In this document: in pieces, positions 1-9,928 of the stretch
Position numbering within the stretch: position 1 is the stretch's first letter
How the letters are laid out: every line of letters starts with the position of its first letter
Assembly: GCA_964594835.1 (NCBI GenBank)
Contig: CAZQNA010000004.1
Coordinates: forward strand, 96,001 to 160,000
Direction: 5' to 3'
Length of the DNA stretch: 64,000 bases
Source: an uncultured Nitrososphaerota archaeon
GTDB taxonomy: Archaea > Korarchaeota > Korarchaeia > Korarchaeales > Korarchaeaceae
Translations under genes and position numbers: made by a program
Notes under the pieces: model-generated
Seen by the model: only the letters and a program-made list of their open reading frames with translations
What the model was told of the DNA's origin: nothing
The model's database searches: none

Positions 1-620
1 ATCCCCCTGGCAGCTTCCTCCAGGGCCGCCTGCGACGTCGGGGTCGCGGTGATCACGGTGAGGGCCGAGGCCAGGGGGAGGTTCCCGACGACCCTCAGGA
101 ACTCCGAGACAACGAGTTCCCTCTCCTCCTCGCTGAGGCCGACGTACCTCCCGGGTCGGGCGGCCCTGAACACCGGCTCTGCTATCAGGTTTGCCTCAAG
201 AGACCCGTCTAGGAGGATGCAGTCGACCTCCCGGGCGGCCGCCAGCGTGGAGGCCATCTTCGCCTCCAGCGCCTCTCTGTATATCCTCACCCTGTCCTCG
301 GCCTTGAAGAAGTCGATGACCCCCACCTGAAACACCCGGCGAGACAGCGGCCTGTCTCCCGCCCGGAAGGCGGCGGAGGCTGCGCTCACGGCGAAGAGGC
401 TCTGTCCGAGGTTGACCTCCACGAGCTGACTCCCTCCGTCCACCCCGGCCACGGAGCCCAGCCTCTCTATGGCCTCACTAGGCCTCAGGTCCGTGGTTAT
501 GGGGAGCCAGGCCGCCGAGAGCTCCTCGAACCTTGGCCCCGCCCCGAGGGCCCTCTCGATGTCCCCCCTCGCGATCAGAAAGGCCTCGACTATGTCCATG
601 AAGCGGGCCTCTTCGGCCAT
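1..620 (-). CDS. nurA: NurA 5'-3' nuclease (DNA double-strand break repair), 3' part outside window
   Basis: Manual minus-strand translation from ATG 620 (MAEEARFMDIVEAF...) gives VAGVDGGSQ and CILLDGSL, the NurA acidic motifs. The frame is open to the window edge. Confidence 0.8.
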   Translation of the reverse strand, partial: MAEEARFMDIVEAFLIARGDIERALGAGPRFEELSAAWLPITTDLRPSEAIERLGSVAGVDGGSQLVEVNLGQSLFAVSAASAAFRAGDRPLSRRVFQVGVIDFFKAEDRVRIYREALEAKMASTLAAAREVDCILLDGSLEANLIAEPVFRAARPGRYVGLSEEERELVVSEFLRVVGNLPLASALTVITATPTSQAALEEAARG

Positions 621-643
621 TCGGCATGTCCACCCCACCCTGC

Positions 644-651
644 CTTTTAAG
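644..651. promoter_or_regulatory. Probable bidirectional TATA box between nurA and acdA
   Basis: CTTTTAAG is the only AT-rich patch in the 40-bp gap between divergent starts 620 and 661. Confidence 0.45.
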
Positions 652-660
652 GTGGGGGAG

Positions 661-2085
661 TTGCCCGTCAGCTCGGTGCCGCAGATGGCCCGGGAACTCG
701 CCGCCTTCTTCGAGCCCGAGTCCGTGGCGGTGGTGGGCGCCTCCAGGAATCCGGAGAAGCTCGGCCACGTGGTCCTGAGGCAGCTTCTCGAGGGCTTTGG
801 AGGCAGGGTCCACCCCGTCAACCCCAAGGCCGATGAGATACTGGGGGTCAGGTGCTACCCCTCGGTCGCCGACCTTCCAGGGCCCGTCGACCTCGCCGTG
901 ATCGCCGTCCCTGCGCCGGCGACCCCGAGTGTGGTGGAGGACTGCGGGAGGAGGGGGGTCAAGGCAGCCATAGTGATCTCCGGCGGGTTCTCTGAGGTGG
1001 GAAACGAGGAGCTCGAGCGGGAGCTGAGGGAGGCAGCCCGGAGGAGCGGGGTCAGGCTCATCGGCCCGAACTGCATGGGCGTCTACAGGCCGAGCGTGGG
1101 GCTTGACACCCTGTTCACTCCCTCGGACAGGCTGCCGAGGCCCGGCCCGGGCGACGTCGCGATACTCACCCAGAGCGGGAGCTTCGGGGGCGCCATCCTC
1201 ACCTGGCTCGCCGTGGAGGGGAGGGGGATAAGCGCCTTCGTGAGCTACGGCAACAGGGCCGACGTGGACGAGGCGGACCTGCTCCGCTACTTCTCCGAGG
1301 ACCCCGAGACCAGGGTGATAGCGATCTACGTAGAGGGCTTGGCGGACGGGAGGAGGTTCATGGAGGCGGCCAGGGAGGTTACTCCCTCCAAGCCCGTGGT
1401 CGTGTTCAAGGCTGGCAGGAGTCAGAGGGGGGCGAGGGCCGTCAGGAGCCACACGGGCTCCCTGGCCGGATCGGACGCGGCCTACGAGGCGGCGTTCAAG
1501 CAGTGCGGGGTGGTGAGGGCGTACTCCACGGAGGAGTTCCTGGACGCCTCCCGGGCCCTGGCCAGGCTGCCGCCCCCCAGGGGTCCCAGGGTGGGCATAA
1601 TCACCAACGGCGGGGGGTACGGCGTCATAGCAGTCGACGCGCTGGAGGAGAGGGGGCTCGAGGTCCCTGACCTCGACGAGGACACCGTGAGGAGGCTCAG
1701 GGGGCGGCTCCCACCTTACTACCCCGTGGGCAATCCCCTGGATCTCACCGGCAGCTCCACGCCAGAGCAGTACCTTGCCGGGATGGTGGAGATGGCCAAG
1801 TCTAGTGAGATCGACGCCCTGATAGTCATGGCCCTATACTCGGTCCCCCTGATGGAGCCCAGGACCACCACGGACTACATCCTGCAGGTCCTCCGGGACT
1901 ACGGGAAGCCCATCGTCGTCGTGTCTCTGGACGTCACCCCGGAGGTGGCCAGGGAGAACTCCAGGCTGGAGGCCGAGGGCGTGCCCGTCTTCCCGTCCCC
2001 AGAGAGGGCTGCCTCGGCCCTCGCCGCCCTCTGGAGGTACTCGAGGCTGACGGACCAGCTCAGGCTCAGGCGGTCGCCGACGTGA
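661..2085 (+). CDS. acdA: ADP-forming acyl/acetyl-CoA synthetase alpha subunit
   Basis: FFEPESVAVVGASRNPEKLG, GPNCMG, SYGNRAD, phospho-His motif SHTG, NPLDLTG. Start TTG 661 after a GGTGGGGGAG SD; alternative ATG 685. Confidence 0.9.
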   Translation: MPVSSVPQMARELAAFFEPESVAVVGASRNPEKLGHVVLRQLLEGFGGRVHPVNPKADEILGVRCYPSVADLPGPVDLAVIAVPAPATPSVVEDCGRRGVKAAIVISGGFSEVGNEELERELREAARRSGVRLIGPNCMGVYRPSVGLDTLFTPSDRLPRPGPGDVAILTQSGSFGGAILTWLAVEGRGISAFVSYGNRADVDEADLLRYFSEDPETRVIAIYVEGLADGRRFMEAAREVTPSKPVVVFKAGRSQRGARAVRSHTGSLAGSDAAYEAAFKQCGVVRAYSTEEFLDASRALARLPPPRGPRVGIITNGGGYGVIAVDALEERGLEVPDLDEDTVRRLRGRLPPYYPVGNPLDLTGSSTPEQYLAGMVEMAKSSEIDALIVMALYSVPLMEPRTTTDYILQVLRDYGKPIVVVSLDVTPEVARENSRLEAEGVPVFPSPERAASALAALWRYSRLTDQLRLRRSPT

Positions 2086-3427
2086 ACCTCACTTCTCTGA
2101 CGGCCATCACGGGGGTCAGGACGGGAGGGCCAAACTCCGCCCACCAGTGCGTCATCTGCCTCGCCTCCCTCCCGACGGCGTAAACGTTGGACAGCATGTG
2201 GAGGACGTTCTCGCTGAGCCTCAGCCCCCTTATCGCGCCCACCATCTCTCCCCCCTCGACCAGGAACACCCCGTCCCTTATCACCGCCGAGAAGTCCCCC
2301 GTCCGGTAGTTCTGGAACCTCAGGTAGGTGGCGTTCCTGACTACGATGCCCCTCCCCAGGTCCTCGAGGATCTCCTCCTCGGTCCTGTCCCCGGAGCTCA
2401 TGCGCAGGAACCAGGGGTTGGGGAACACCCAGCCGGCGTTCCCCGTGGGCTCGACTCTGAAGTGCGCGGCAGTCAGCCTGTTGTGCAGGAGCGTCTTCAG
2501 GATCCCGCCCTCGATTATCACGTTCCTCCTGGTTGGGAGGCCCTCCAGGTCGAAGGACCGGGAGGCGTATCCCCCGTCCATCAGGGGATCGTCCACTATG
2601 GTCACGAGTTCGCTCCCGACGCGCGACCCCACCCTGTCCACGTAGGGGGTCATCTGCATCAGGGCCCTTAGGCCGGAGGCCATGGCCCCGAACACCCCCA
2701 GCAGGGTGGTCATGGCGCTCCACCAGAAGGCGGCGTTGTACCTCCCGGCCGGGACCCTGACCACCTTGCTGGCCAAGACGGCGTCTCTCCCGGCCTCGCG
2801 ACCGGCCCTCTCGGGATCAAGCCCGTCCAGGAATCGGGAGCACGTGACCCCGTGGCCGGTGGCCTGGTCGTCGACCAGGGCCCTGACCTCCATGCTGACC
2901 CTGCTGAACCTCTCGCACACCTCAGCGCCCCCGGATGTCAGGAGGCACTCGTGCCCCGCCTGGGACCTCACCACGCCCGCCGCCCTCTTTGCCCCCTCTC
3001 CAAGGGCCGCGTCTATCCCGGCCTTCGCCGCGTCCACGAGCTCCTCCTGGGCCTCCTCAAGCCTTGGATCGTAGGTGTCCCGGATGACTGGGTAGTCGAA
3101 GGGCCCCTCGGGAAGCGGGGCGTACACGTCCCGGGGAGGGGCCCTCCTCAGCCTCTCGAAGGCGCGCCCCACGAAGACCTCCAAGGCCTCCTCCTCGGGC
3201 GGCGACTCCGTAGAGACCACCGCGACCCTCCGATCGGCGGCCAGCTGAACCTCTATCAGAGTCCCGAGCCACGTCTTCACCACGTCCACGGAGCTGTTGT
3301 AGAAGCGCACCTGCCTTCCCCTGTTCACGACGACGCGGACGGCCACGTCGTCGGCCCCCCTGGCCTGGGCCAGCTGGAGGACCCGCTCCGCAAGACCGAT
3401 GCTCTCCTCGTGGAACACCTCACACAC
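2066..3427 (-). CDS. tldE: TldE/PmbA family protein (non-catalytic partner of TldD)
   Basis: SRSFDLEGLPT, PTGNAG and NYRTGDFS motifs; no HExxxH; follows tldD. Confidence 0.88.
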   Translation of the reverse strand: MCEVFHEESIGLAERVLQLAQARGADDVAVRVVVNRGRQVRFYNSSVDVVKTWLGTLIEVQLAADRRVAVVSTESPPEEEALEVFVGRAFERLRRAPPRDVYAPLPEGPFDYPVIRDTYDPRLEEAQEELVDAAKAGIDAALGEGAKRAAGVVRSQAGHECLLTSGGAEVCERFSRVSMEVRALVDDQATGHGVTCSRFLDGLDPERAGREAGRDAVLASKVVRVPAGRYNAAFWWSAMTTLLGVFGAMASGLRALMQMTPYVDRVGSRVGSELVTIVDDPLMDGGYASRSFDLEGLPTRRNVIIEGGILKTLLHNRLTAAHFRVEPTGNAGWVFPNPWFLRMSSGDRTEEEILEDLGRGIVVRNATYLRFQNYRTGDFSAVIRDGVFLVEGGEMVGAIRGLRLSENVLHMLSNVYAVGREARQMTHWWAEFGPPVLTPVMAVREVRFTSATA

Positions 3428-4841
3428 CCCCCAACCCGACGCCCCTCAGCCTAAGCGTGGGGCCGCCCGTCCAGACCGGCACGCCCTGCTCCGGATCGCC
3501 CTTGCCGCAGGTGGCCGCCTCGAACTCCAAGTCCCTGCCGGCGGCGTCCACGGCTGAGTAGAAGGCCGGCGTCGTCACCTCCAGGACAGGGTTTAGCACA
3601 GGCTCGGCAATCCTCCCTCCCCTGATGGCGTAGGCCTCGGAGCCCACGTACCTCTGGTTGTACCTGCGGTCGTCGATGTTCCACTCCATGAACCTCCTCA
3701 TGTAGACCCCCTCGGACACGCCCTCTATGAGCTCATCCACCGACATGTCTCCCGGCGCTATGTAGGTGTTGGCCATCCGCACTATCGGCTCCCGGTCGAA
3801 CCTGTTGGCCCTGGCCGCGGCGTTGCTGCCGACGCCGAACTCGGCGGCCGTCTCCCTGTTGTGGAGGAACTCGTTGATCACGCCCTCCCTCATCAGGACC
3901 CTGGGCCTCGCCCTGACCCCCTCGTGGTCGTAGAGGTAGAACCCGTAGCTGCCCGGGATCGTAGGGTCGTCTATCACGGTGACGACCGGCGAGCCGATCC
4001 TCTCCCCCAGCATATCGGGCCTCACGAACGACTCGCCAGCCTGGGCCGCCTCCCTCCCGAGTATGCGGTCGGCCTCGTACGGGTGTCCGGTCGACTCGTG
4101 GGCTATCAGGCCCGTAACCTGCGGACCGAGGACGACGTCCAACCTCGCGCCCCTGGGCGCAGGCACCCCCTTCTCCAGCCTCTGCCTCATCGAGTCCGCC
4201 AGGTAGGCCACCTTCTCCTCGAGCCCCCACCCATCGACCATCTCCCAGCCCCCGCTCCCCCCCGGCTGGGTGAACTCCTGGGTGGCCCCGGCCCCAGAGA
4301 CGTGGGTGAGCCTGACCATCATGGTCACCCGCCTCACGTCCCCGGTCACCCTGGCGCCCTCGCTGTTCACCACGTGCGTGGCCGACCTCGACGAGAGGAG
4401 CCAGAGCACCCTGGCCGTTATCCCCCTCTCGGCGGCGGGGGCGTCGACCGACCTCATGTACTCCACCCTCTCGTCCACCGGCACCTCCAGGGGGTCTCTC
4501 CTGTAGGGGGACGAGAATTCCGCGGTCTCAAACCTCTCCTCCGACAGCCTGGTTCTCTTCCCAGCCTTGGAAGCCGCCAGGGCGTTTCGGTGGGCCTCCT
4601 CCACTGCCTTCTCAATGGAGTCAGGTCTGTTCGTTGAGGCGAACCCCAGGCCCCCGTCCACGAGCATCCTCATGGAGATCCCCGCGAATGTGTCCAGGCC
4701 GAAGGCCTCCACCACCCCGTTTCGCATGAAGAGCCCGTCAGACGTGTCCACCTGGGCCCTGACCTCGAAGTACTCGGCGTTGTACCTCTTGGCTATCTCC
4801 AGGGCTCTGTCCACGTGAGTTAACAGACTCTCGAGCTCCAT
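3420..4841 (-). CDS. tldD: TldD family metalloprotease
   Basis: HESTGHPYEAD zinc motif, YDHEG, PIVRMANT, CGKG. Confidence 0.92.
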   Translation of the reverse strand: MELESLLTHVDRALEIAKRYNAEYFEVRAQVDTSDGLFMRNGVVEAFGLDTFAGISMRMLVDGGLGFASTNRPDSIEKAVEEAHRNALAASKAGKRTRLSEERFETAEFSSPYRRDPLEVPVDERVEYMRSVDAPAAERGITARVLWLLSSRSATHVVNSEGARVTGDVRRVTMMVRLTHVSGAGATQEFTQPGGSGGWEMVDGWGLEEKVAYLADSMRQRLEKGVPAPRGARLDVVLGPQVTGLIAHESTGHPYEADRILGREAAQAGESFVRPDMLGERIGSPVVTVIDDPTIPGSYGFYLYDHEGVRARPRVLMREGVINEFLHNRETAAEFGVGSNAAARANRFDREPIVRMANTYIAPGDMSVDELIEGVSEGVYMRRFMEWNIDDRRYNQRYVGSEAYAIRGGRIAEPVLNPVLEVTTPAFYSAVDAAGRDLEFEAATCGKGDPEQGVPVWTGGPTLRLRGVGLGGV

Positions 4842-4895
4842 CGGGGCGGGCGAATCTCAGAGTTCAATAATAAGCTTCCCCGGGGCCTTCAGCTC

Positions 4896-5636
4896 ATGCC
4901 CGGCCGCGGCAGGCTCCTTCACCTGAGGTTGAGCGCCGAGGACGTCCCCGAGAGGGTGCTCCTCACGGGCGATCCGGGGAGGGTGGATCTCCTCTCCCAG
5001 CTCCTGGAGGATCCCAGCCTGGTTGCGCACAACAGGGAGTTCAAATCCGTAATCGGAGAATACGGCGGCGAGGAGGTCCTAGTGTGCTCAACCGGGATAG
5101 GCGCCCCCTCCGCGGCCATCGCGGTAAACGAGCTGCTCGAGGCGGGGGCCGAGGCGTTCGTCCGGGTCGGAACGACCGGGGCTCTCCAGAGGGGTATTGA
5201 GGTGGGATCCGTCGTCGTCCCCCACGGCGCAGTGAGGATGGAGGGGACCTCGGACTTCTACGCCTCCCCCGAGTACCCGGCGATCCCCGACCTCAGGATG
5301 ACCCTCTCTCTGGCCAGGGAGGCCAGGTTGTCCGGCCTGAGCGTCTACGAGGGAATAGTCGCCACGATGGACGCCTTCTACGTTGAGGAGGACTGGCTGC
5401 TGGAGGAGGCTGGCGAGCTGAACCTGGTGGCCGTCGAGATGGAGTGCAGCGTGCTATTCGTCCTGTCCCGACTGGCTGGGGCCAGGTCCGCCGCCATACT
5501 CGTGGTCGACGGGAACCTGGCGGAGGGCAGCGGGAAGGCGGACGTGAGGCTAGAGGAGTCAGAGATCCCCACCGAGGCGGGGGAGTCCCTCCTGCGCGCC
5601 GCCGAGGTGGCCCTCAGGGTCCTGACCTCCCGGTAG
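4896..5636 (+). CDS. Nucleoside (uridine/purine/MTA) phosphorylase, PNP/UDP family
   Basis: GDPGR, STGIGAPS, RVGTTG, VEMEC motifs. Confidence 0.88.
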   Translation: MPGRGRLLHLRLSAEDVPERVLLTGDPGRVDLLSQLLEDPSLVAHNREFKSVIGEYGGEEVLVCSTGIGAPSAAIAVNELLEAGAEAFVRVGTTGALQRGIEVGSVVVPHGAVRMEGTSDFYASPEYPAIPDLRMTLSLAREARLSGLSVYEGIVATMDAFYVEEDWLLEEAGELNLVAVEMECSVLFVLSRLAGARSAAILVVDGNLAEGSGKADVRLEESEIPTEAGESLLRAAEVALRVLTSR

Positions 5637-5691
5637 GGGCAAAGTCACCCAAGATTTTTATCTCCGGGATGATCCCGATTACCAGATCGCC

Positions 5692-6402
5692 ATGACTGGT
5701 TTCTGGGATCGCCTGGTTGCGAGCATAGAGGCGAAGCTCAACAGGCTTCTCGACCGCTTCGAGGACCCGAGGGAGCAGCTGGACTACGCCTACGACAAGC
5801 TGGTCCAGCAGCTCCACGACGTCGACATGGCCCTGGCGAGGGCCATAACCGCACGGAAGAAGCTGGAGTTCAACGCCGAGAGGATTAGGGAGAAGGTCCA
5901 GGACCTTGACGAGAAGGCCAGGAGAGCCCTGGAACTCGGGAGGGAGGACCTGGCCAAGAAGGCCCTGGAGAGGAAGCACGTCCTCCAGGCGGAGCTCCAG
6001 TCCCTTGAGAGAAAGATCGAGGAGATGAAGGAGGACGAGGAGAAGCTGAAGCAGGTGAGGGAGACGCTGCAGACCAGGGTGGAGCTGTTCCGCGCCAAGA
6101 AGGAGAAGCTCAAGGCCGAGTACGAGGTCTCCAAGGCCCAGGTCGAGGTGAAGGAGAGCCTCACCGGCCTCTCCGATGACATGCTCTCGGCGGCGAGGGC
6201 CATCGAGAGGGCGGAGAGCAAGGTCGAGGGAATGAGGGCTCGGGCGGCGGCCATAGACGAACTCGTGGCCGCCGGAGGGGAGCTGGACATACTGGAGCCG
6301 GAGGAGAGGGACGAGATAGAGAGGGAACTGAAGACCCTGGAGATCCAGAAGTCTGTCGAGGAGGACCTGGCGAGGCTGAAGCAGGAGCTGGGGAGGTCCT
6401 GA
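5692..6402 (+). CDS. pspA: PspA/IM30 (Vipp1, ESCRT-III superfamily) protein
   Basis: N-terminal amphipathic FWDRL...NRLLDRFEDP, ALELGREDLAKKAL, RARAAAIDEL; long coiled coil. Confidence 0.9.
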   Translation: MTGFWDRLVASIEAKLNRLLDRFEDPREQLDYAYDKLVQQLHDVDMALARAITARKKLEFNAERIREKVQDLDEKARRALELGREDLAKKALERKHVLQAELQSLERKIEEMKEDEEKLKQVRETLQTRVELFRAKKEKLKAEYEVSKAQVEVKESLTGLSDDMLSAARAIERAESKVEGMRARAAAIDELVAAGGELDILEPEERDEIERELKTLEIQKSVEEDLARLKQELGRS

Positions 6403-6412
6403 GGGGGATCGG

Positions 6413-6802
6413 ATGAGGGACGCCTCCTCACTCGCCCTCATCGGAGTCGCCGCCCTCTTCGGCCTGCTGGGGATAGTGTTCGCCGTGGCGGCGGCCTACA
6501 ATCCGGCGAGGGTGTTCCCCTCCCTCCTCTTTCTGTTCCTCGCGGGGACTTCGATCTACCTGCTGAGGATCAGGCAGAGGTCTGGGGTCGCGCTGGGTAG
6601 AATCGAGGCGGAGACCCTAAGGGTGGCCAGGGAGAAGGGGGGGAGGCTGACCCCCGAGGAGCTGGCCCTTGAACTCGGCATACCAGTCGATCTGGCCCTC
6701 AGCGTACTGAGGGGGCTGGAGAGGAAAGGGGTCGCCTACCTCGACTTCGAGCAGATAGAGGAGAGGGGAGTGGAGGTCTACCGCTTCCCAGCGCTGGGCT
6801 GA
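6413..6802 (+). CDS. Membrane protein with two TM helices and a C-terminal winged-helix domain
   Basis: Two hydrophobic segments, then GGRLTPEELALELGIPVDLALSVLRGLERKG...GVEVYRFP. Confidence 0.7.
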   Translation: MRDASSLALIGVAALFGLLGIVFAVAAAYNPARVFPSLLFLFLAGTSIYLLRIRQRSGVALGRIEAETLRVAREKGGRLTPEELALELGIPVDLALSVLRGLERKGVAYLDFEQIEERGVEVYRFPALG

Positions 6803-6810
6803 CCGTGTGA

Positions 6811-7137
6811 TCACAGGACCTTGCTGCCCGGCGGAACTTGACTGTCGGGCCTCAGCAGGACAGGCCTGCCGTTCACGTCGGCGGCCAGCAGCATCCCCTG
6901 CGACCACAGCCCCCTTATCTTCTTGGGCTGGAGGTTGGCCACAACGACGATCTGCGTCCCGATCAACTCTTCTGGAGAGTAGTACTGGGCTATCCCCGCA
7001 ACGATCTGCCTCTTCTCGCCTCCCAGGTCTATCTCGAGGACTAGAAGCTTGTCTGCACCCTCGACCCTCCTGGCCGAGGTGATCTGGGCCACGCGGAGGT
7101 CCAGCTTCGAGAAATCCTGGTACGAGACGAACTCCAT
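6811..7137 (-). CDS. Stand-alone tRNA-binding OB-fold protein (Trbp111/CsaA/MetRS C-terminal-like)
   Basis: DFSKLDLRVA, GADKLL, RQIVAGI, NLQPKKIRG-SQGMLLAA. Confidence 0.9.
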   Translation of the reverse strand: MEFVSYQDFSKLDLRVAQITSARRVEGADKLLVLEIDLGGEKRQIVAGIAQYYSPEELIGTQIVVVANLQPKKIRGLWSQGMLLAADVNGRPVLLRPDSQVPPGSKVL

Positions 7138-7265
7138 GGTCGACCCCTCCAGCCCCGCGGGGACGCACTTAAATAGTGAGGCCCGGGAGTAGGCCGTGAG
7201 AAGGCGGGGCCCGAGGTCCGTCGACCTCAGGAGACCCCGTCGGATTGAAGGGAGTGAGCTGAGAT

Positions 7266-8540
7266 ATGAGTAAGATGTCAGTTTCCGTGCTCAGTGGACA
7301 CAATGAGGTGGGACGCTCGGCCGTCCTCGTCGAGGCGGGCGACACCAGGATACTCCTGGACTACGGGATGAAGCTGGTTCCCAAGAGCCAGCCGCTCTTC
7401 CCGCCCGAGGTGGAGGATGTCGACGCCGTCCTGCTCTCGCATGCCCACCTGGACCACTCGGGCGCCATACCGGCCCTCTTCAGGTCCAGGGGGAGGTGGC
7501 CAAAGGTCTACTCCCTGGACATAACCAGGGACTACAGCGATGTCCTGCTGGCGGACGCCATCAAGGTGGCGAAGGCCAGGGGGCACACCCTCCCGTACGG
7601 TATGAGGGAGGTCAGGCAGGCCCTCGCCAACTTCAGACACGTGGAGTTCGGCGTGCCGTTCAGGGTCGGGGACGTCGAGGTCACGGCCTACAACGCCGGC
7701 CACATACCGGGCAGCGCCATGTTCTACCTCAGGCACGACGGCAGGTCCATCCTCTACACGGGGGACCTCAACATGCGCGAGACCAGGCTCATGCCCCCCG
7801 CAGACACCTCCATCCCAAAGGTCGACCTCCTCATCATGGAGTCCACCTACGCCTTCAAGGAGCACCCCCGGAGGGAGGGGCAGGAGATGCTCCTGAGGGA
7901 GGTCGTGGACGAGACCCTCAAGAGCGGGGGCGTTGCGGTCATAGCCGGATTCGCCATAGGGAGGCTCCTGGAGATAGCCATGGCCCTAAAGGCCAGGGGG
8001 TTCAGGGGGAGGATGTACCTGGACGGGATGGCGAGGAGGGGCGTCGAGATAACCGACGCCTACCCCGACAGGGTCAGGGACCCGGATGTCCTGAGGTACG
8101 TGGAGAGGTTTATAAAGCCCGTGGACGGGTGGAGGCTGAGGAAGAAGCTCGTCAGGAGGCCCAACGTGATACTCACCACCTCTGGCATGCTTGAGGGCGG
8201 GCCGGTACACTTCTACCTGAAGGAGCTGAAGGACGACACCAACAGCTCGGTCACGCTCACGGGCTACCAGATCGAGGGAACAGAGGGCAGGAGGCTCATA
8301 GAGGAGGGCAGGATGACCATAGACGGAGAGGAGGTTGAGATCCAGATGAAGGTGAACCAGCTTAACTTCTCCGCCCACGCCAGCGACAGCGGACTGAGGA
8401 CGTTCGTCAAGAGGCTGGAGCCAGAGGCCATAATGACCATTCACGGCGAGCATTCCGCCAGGTTCGCCAGGGAGCTGACGGAGGAGTTCGGGATATCGGC
8501 CGTCTCGCCCTCTGAGGCTGGCGAGGAGATCCTGGTCTAA
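7266..8540 (+). CDS. MBL-fold beta-CASP ribonuclease (aCPSF-like)
   Basis: EVGRS, SHAHLDHSG, AGHIPGS, YTGD, MESTY, SGMLEGG, FSAH, IHGE. Confidence 0.9.
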   Translation: MSKMSVSVLSGHNEVGRSAVLVEAGDTRILLDYGMKLVPKSQPLFPPEVEDVDAVLLSHAHLDHSGAIPALFRSRGRWPKVYSLDITRDYSDVLLADAIKVAKARGHTLPYGMREVRQALANFRHVEFGVPFRVGDVEVTAYNAGHIPGSAMFYLRHDGRSILYTGDLNMRETRLMPPADTSIPKVDLLIMESTYAFKEHPRREGQEMLLREVVDETLKSGGVAVIAGFAIGRLLEIAMALKARGFRGRMYLDGMARRGVEITDAYPDRVRDPDVLRYVERFIKPVDGWRLRKKLVRRPNVILTTSGMLEGGPVHFYLKELKDDTNSSVTLTGYQIEGTEGRRLIEEGRMTIDGEEVEIQMKVNQLNFSAHASDSGLRTFVKRLEPEAIMTIHGEHSARFARELTEEFGISAVSPSEAGEEILV

Positions 8541-9655
8541 GCCTGGAGGTTCCTCTCTCCCCTCCCTCCGCCCCTCTCAGCCACGTAGTCCAGGGGGTAC
8601 TCGGCCAGGACCATCCTGTCGTCCAGGGGGGCGACCTCGACGAGCCCGCCGTCGAGGCCTAGGGACCTGAACTCCTTCGCCAGGTCCATCAGGGCCTCCG
8701 GGGCCACCCTGATCTCCCCCGGCGCGACGGCTATTCGCTCCCCGGGTACGCCTCTCTCCCTCATGATCTCGAGGGCGCGGGAGAGGGCCCTCTCGTCGCC
8801 TCGGAGGACCCCGTAGACGAGCGACCCCCTCTCCTCTGGGGACTCGTAGGGCCTCGCCACGTTCCTGGCGCGTCTCCGCCACCTCATCCACATCTGGTGG
8901 TCCTTCTGGTCCGCCGGACAGAAGTACCCCGCTATGCCCGTCTCCTCCTCCAGGAACTCCAGGACCCTCCTGGCGGCCTCCCTGCTCCCCGCCGCGGCGA
9001 CCTCGCTGTCCGGCCTGGGCCTGAAGCCCATGGCCAGGAGGGACTTCCTGTTTCCCTCGGTGAACTCGAGCTCGTTCAGGTTGAGGAAATCAGCCCCCAC
9101 GGAGTCCAGGTACAGAGCCAGGTCCTTCAGGCGATTCTCCCACGGGGAGCCCGGGATTGCCGGCATCTCGGCCCCGACCCGGAGACCGAGGTCCACGGCG
9201 AGCTCGATCTTCCGCCAGCCCTCCTCATCCCAGACGTGGAACCTTATCTCGTCCAGGCCGGCGTCGGCCCACCTGGCCAGGACCTCCTCCGATATCCCGA
9301 CGCCGTTGGTGTAGAGGTGGGCGTGAAACCCGGCCCCGAACTCCCCCTTCAACAGCCTCAGATAGCGCTCCACCCTCTCGGGAACCACTGAGGGCTCCCC
9401 TCCGGTTATTCCGACTCCCTCCGCCTCGATGAGCCTGGCCTCCCTCAGCACGTCTTCGTCGGAACCTACCTCGACCTCGTCGGCGTAGACCACGTCTCTG
9501 TTCCTCCGCCACGGGGATATGGTGCAGTAGGGGCACTCTCGATACTTCGGGCACGCCCCGGTCACGAAGAGGACCATCTTCGCCCCTCTCCAGCATATGT
9601 CGCAGCCCCTGCTCCAACCCCTGACCCTCAGGGCCCCCAGGTCAAGTTCCTCCGT
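8537..9655 (-). CDS. Radical SAM protein (COG2108-like); start probably non-AUG
   Basis: GCDICWRGAKMVLFVTGACPKYRECPYC, GITGGEP, HLYTNG, GLDEIRFH, NLNELE. No in-frame ATG/GTG/TTG between the upstream gene's stop and the first CxxC. Confidence 0.8.
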   Translation of the reverse strand, partial: TEELDLGALRVRGWSRGCDICWRGAKMVLFVTGACPKYRECPYCTISPWRRNRDVVYADEVEVGSDEDVLREARLIEAEGVGITGGEPSVVPERVERYLRLLKGEFGAGFHAHLYTNGVGISEEVLARWADAGLDEIRFHVWDEEGWRKIELAVDLGLRVGAEMPAIPGSPWENRLKDLALYLDSVGADFLNLNELEFTEGNRKSLLAMGFRPRPDSEVAAAGSREAARRVLEFLEEETGIAGYFCPADQKDHQMWMRWRRRARNVARPYESPEERGSLVYGVLRGDERALSRALEIMRERGVPGERIAVAPGEIRVAPEALMDLAKEFRSLGLDGGLVEVAPLDDRMVLAEYPLDYVAERGGGRGERNLQA

Positions 9656-9669
9656 GGCGGACCTCCTCC

Positions 9670-9906
9670 CTAGAGTCTCTTTCTCACCACCACCCTCCAG
9701 TACCCACCCTCGTCCTGAACACGCATCACCCTGTTCCCCGTCCTCTCCGCCCACCTCTGGATGTCCTCCAGCGACCTAAGGTCGTCTATCAGGAACTCGG
9801 CGCTGGTGCCCGGCTTGATCTTCTTCACGACCTTGGCGACCCTCACGACCGGGAGGGGCGACTTCCTCCCCCTGAGGTCCACTCTGGGCGGGGACGCTCT
9901 TGCCAT
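9670..9906 (-). CDS. TusA/SirA family sulfur-carrier-like protein lacking the catalytic Cys
   Basis: VDLRGRKSPLPVV corresponds to the family motif LDxRGLxCPxP; DDLRSLEDIQRWAERTG; typical 78-aa size. Confidence 0.8.
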   Translation of the reverse strand: MARASPPRVDLRGRKSPLPVVRVAKVVKKIKPGTSAEFLIDDLRSLEDIQRWAERTGNRVMRVQDEGGYWRVVVRKRL

Positions 9907-9928
9907 CTGCGGCCCGGACCCACCCTTG

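Noticed and set aside
469-660. Extended N-termini in the ORF track (acdA from 469, thiL from 14722, thrS from 37373, trmJ from 48836, ppsA from 63527)
   Set aside because: The extensions overlap neighbouring genes or promoters; downstream starts fit SD spacing and family N-termini better.
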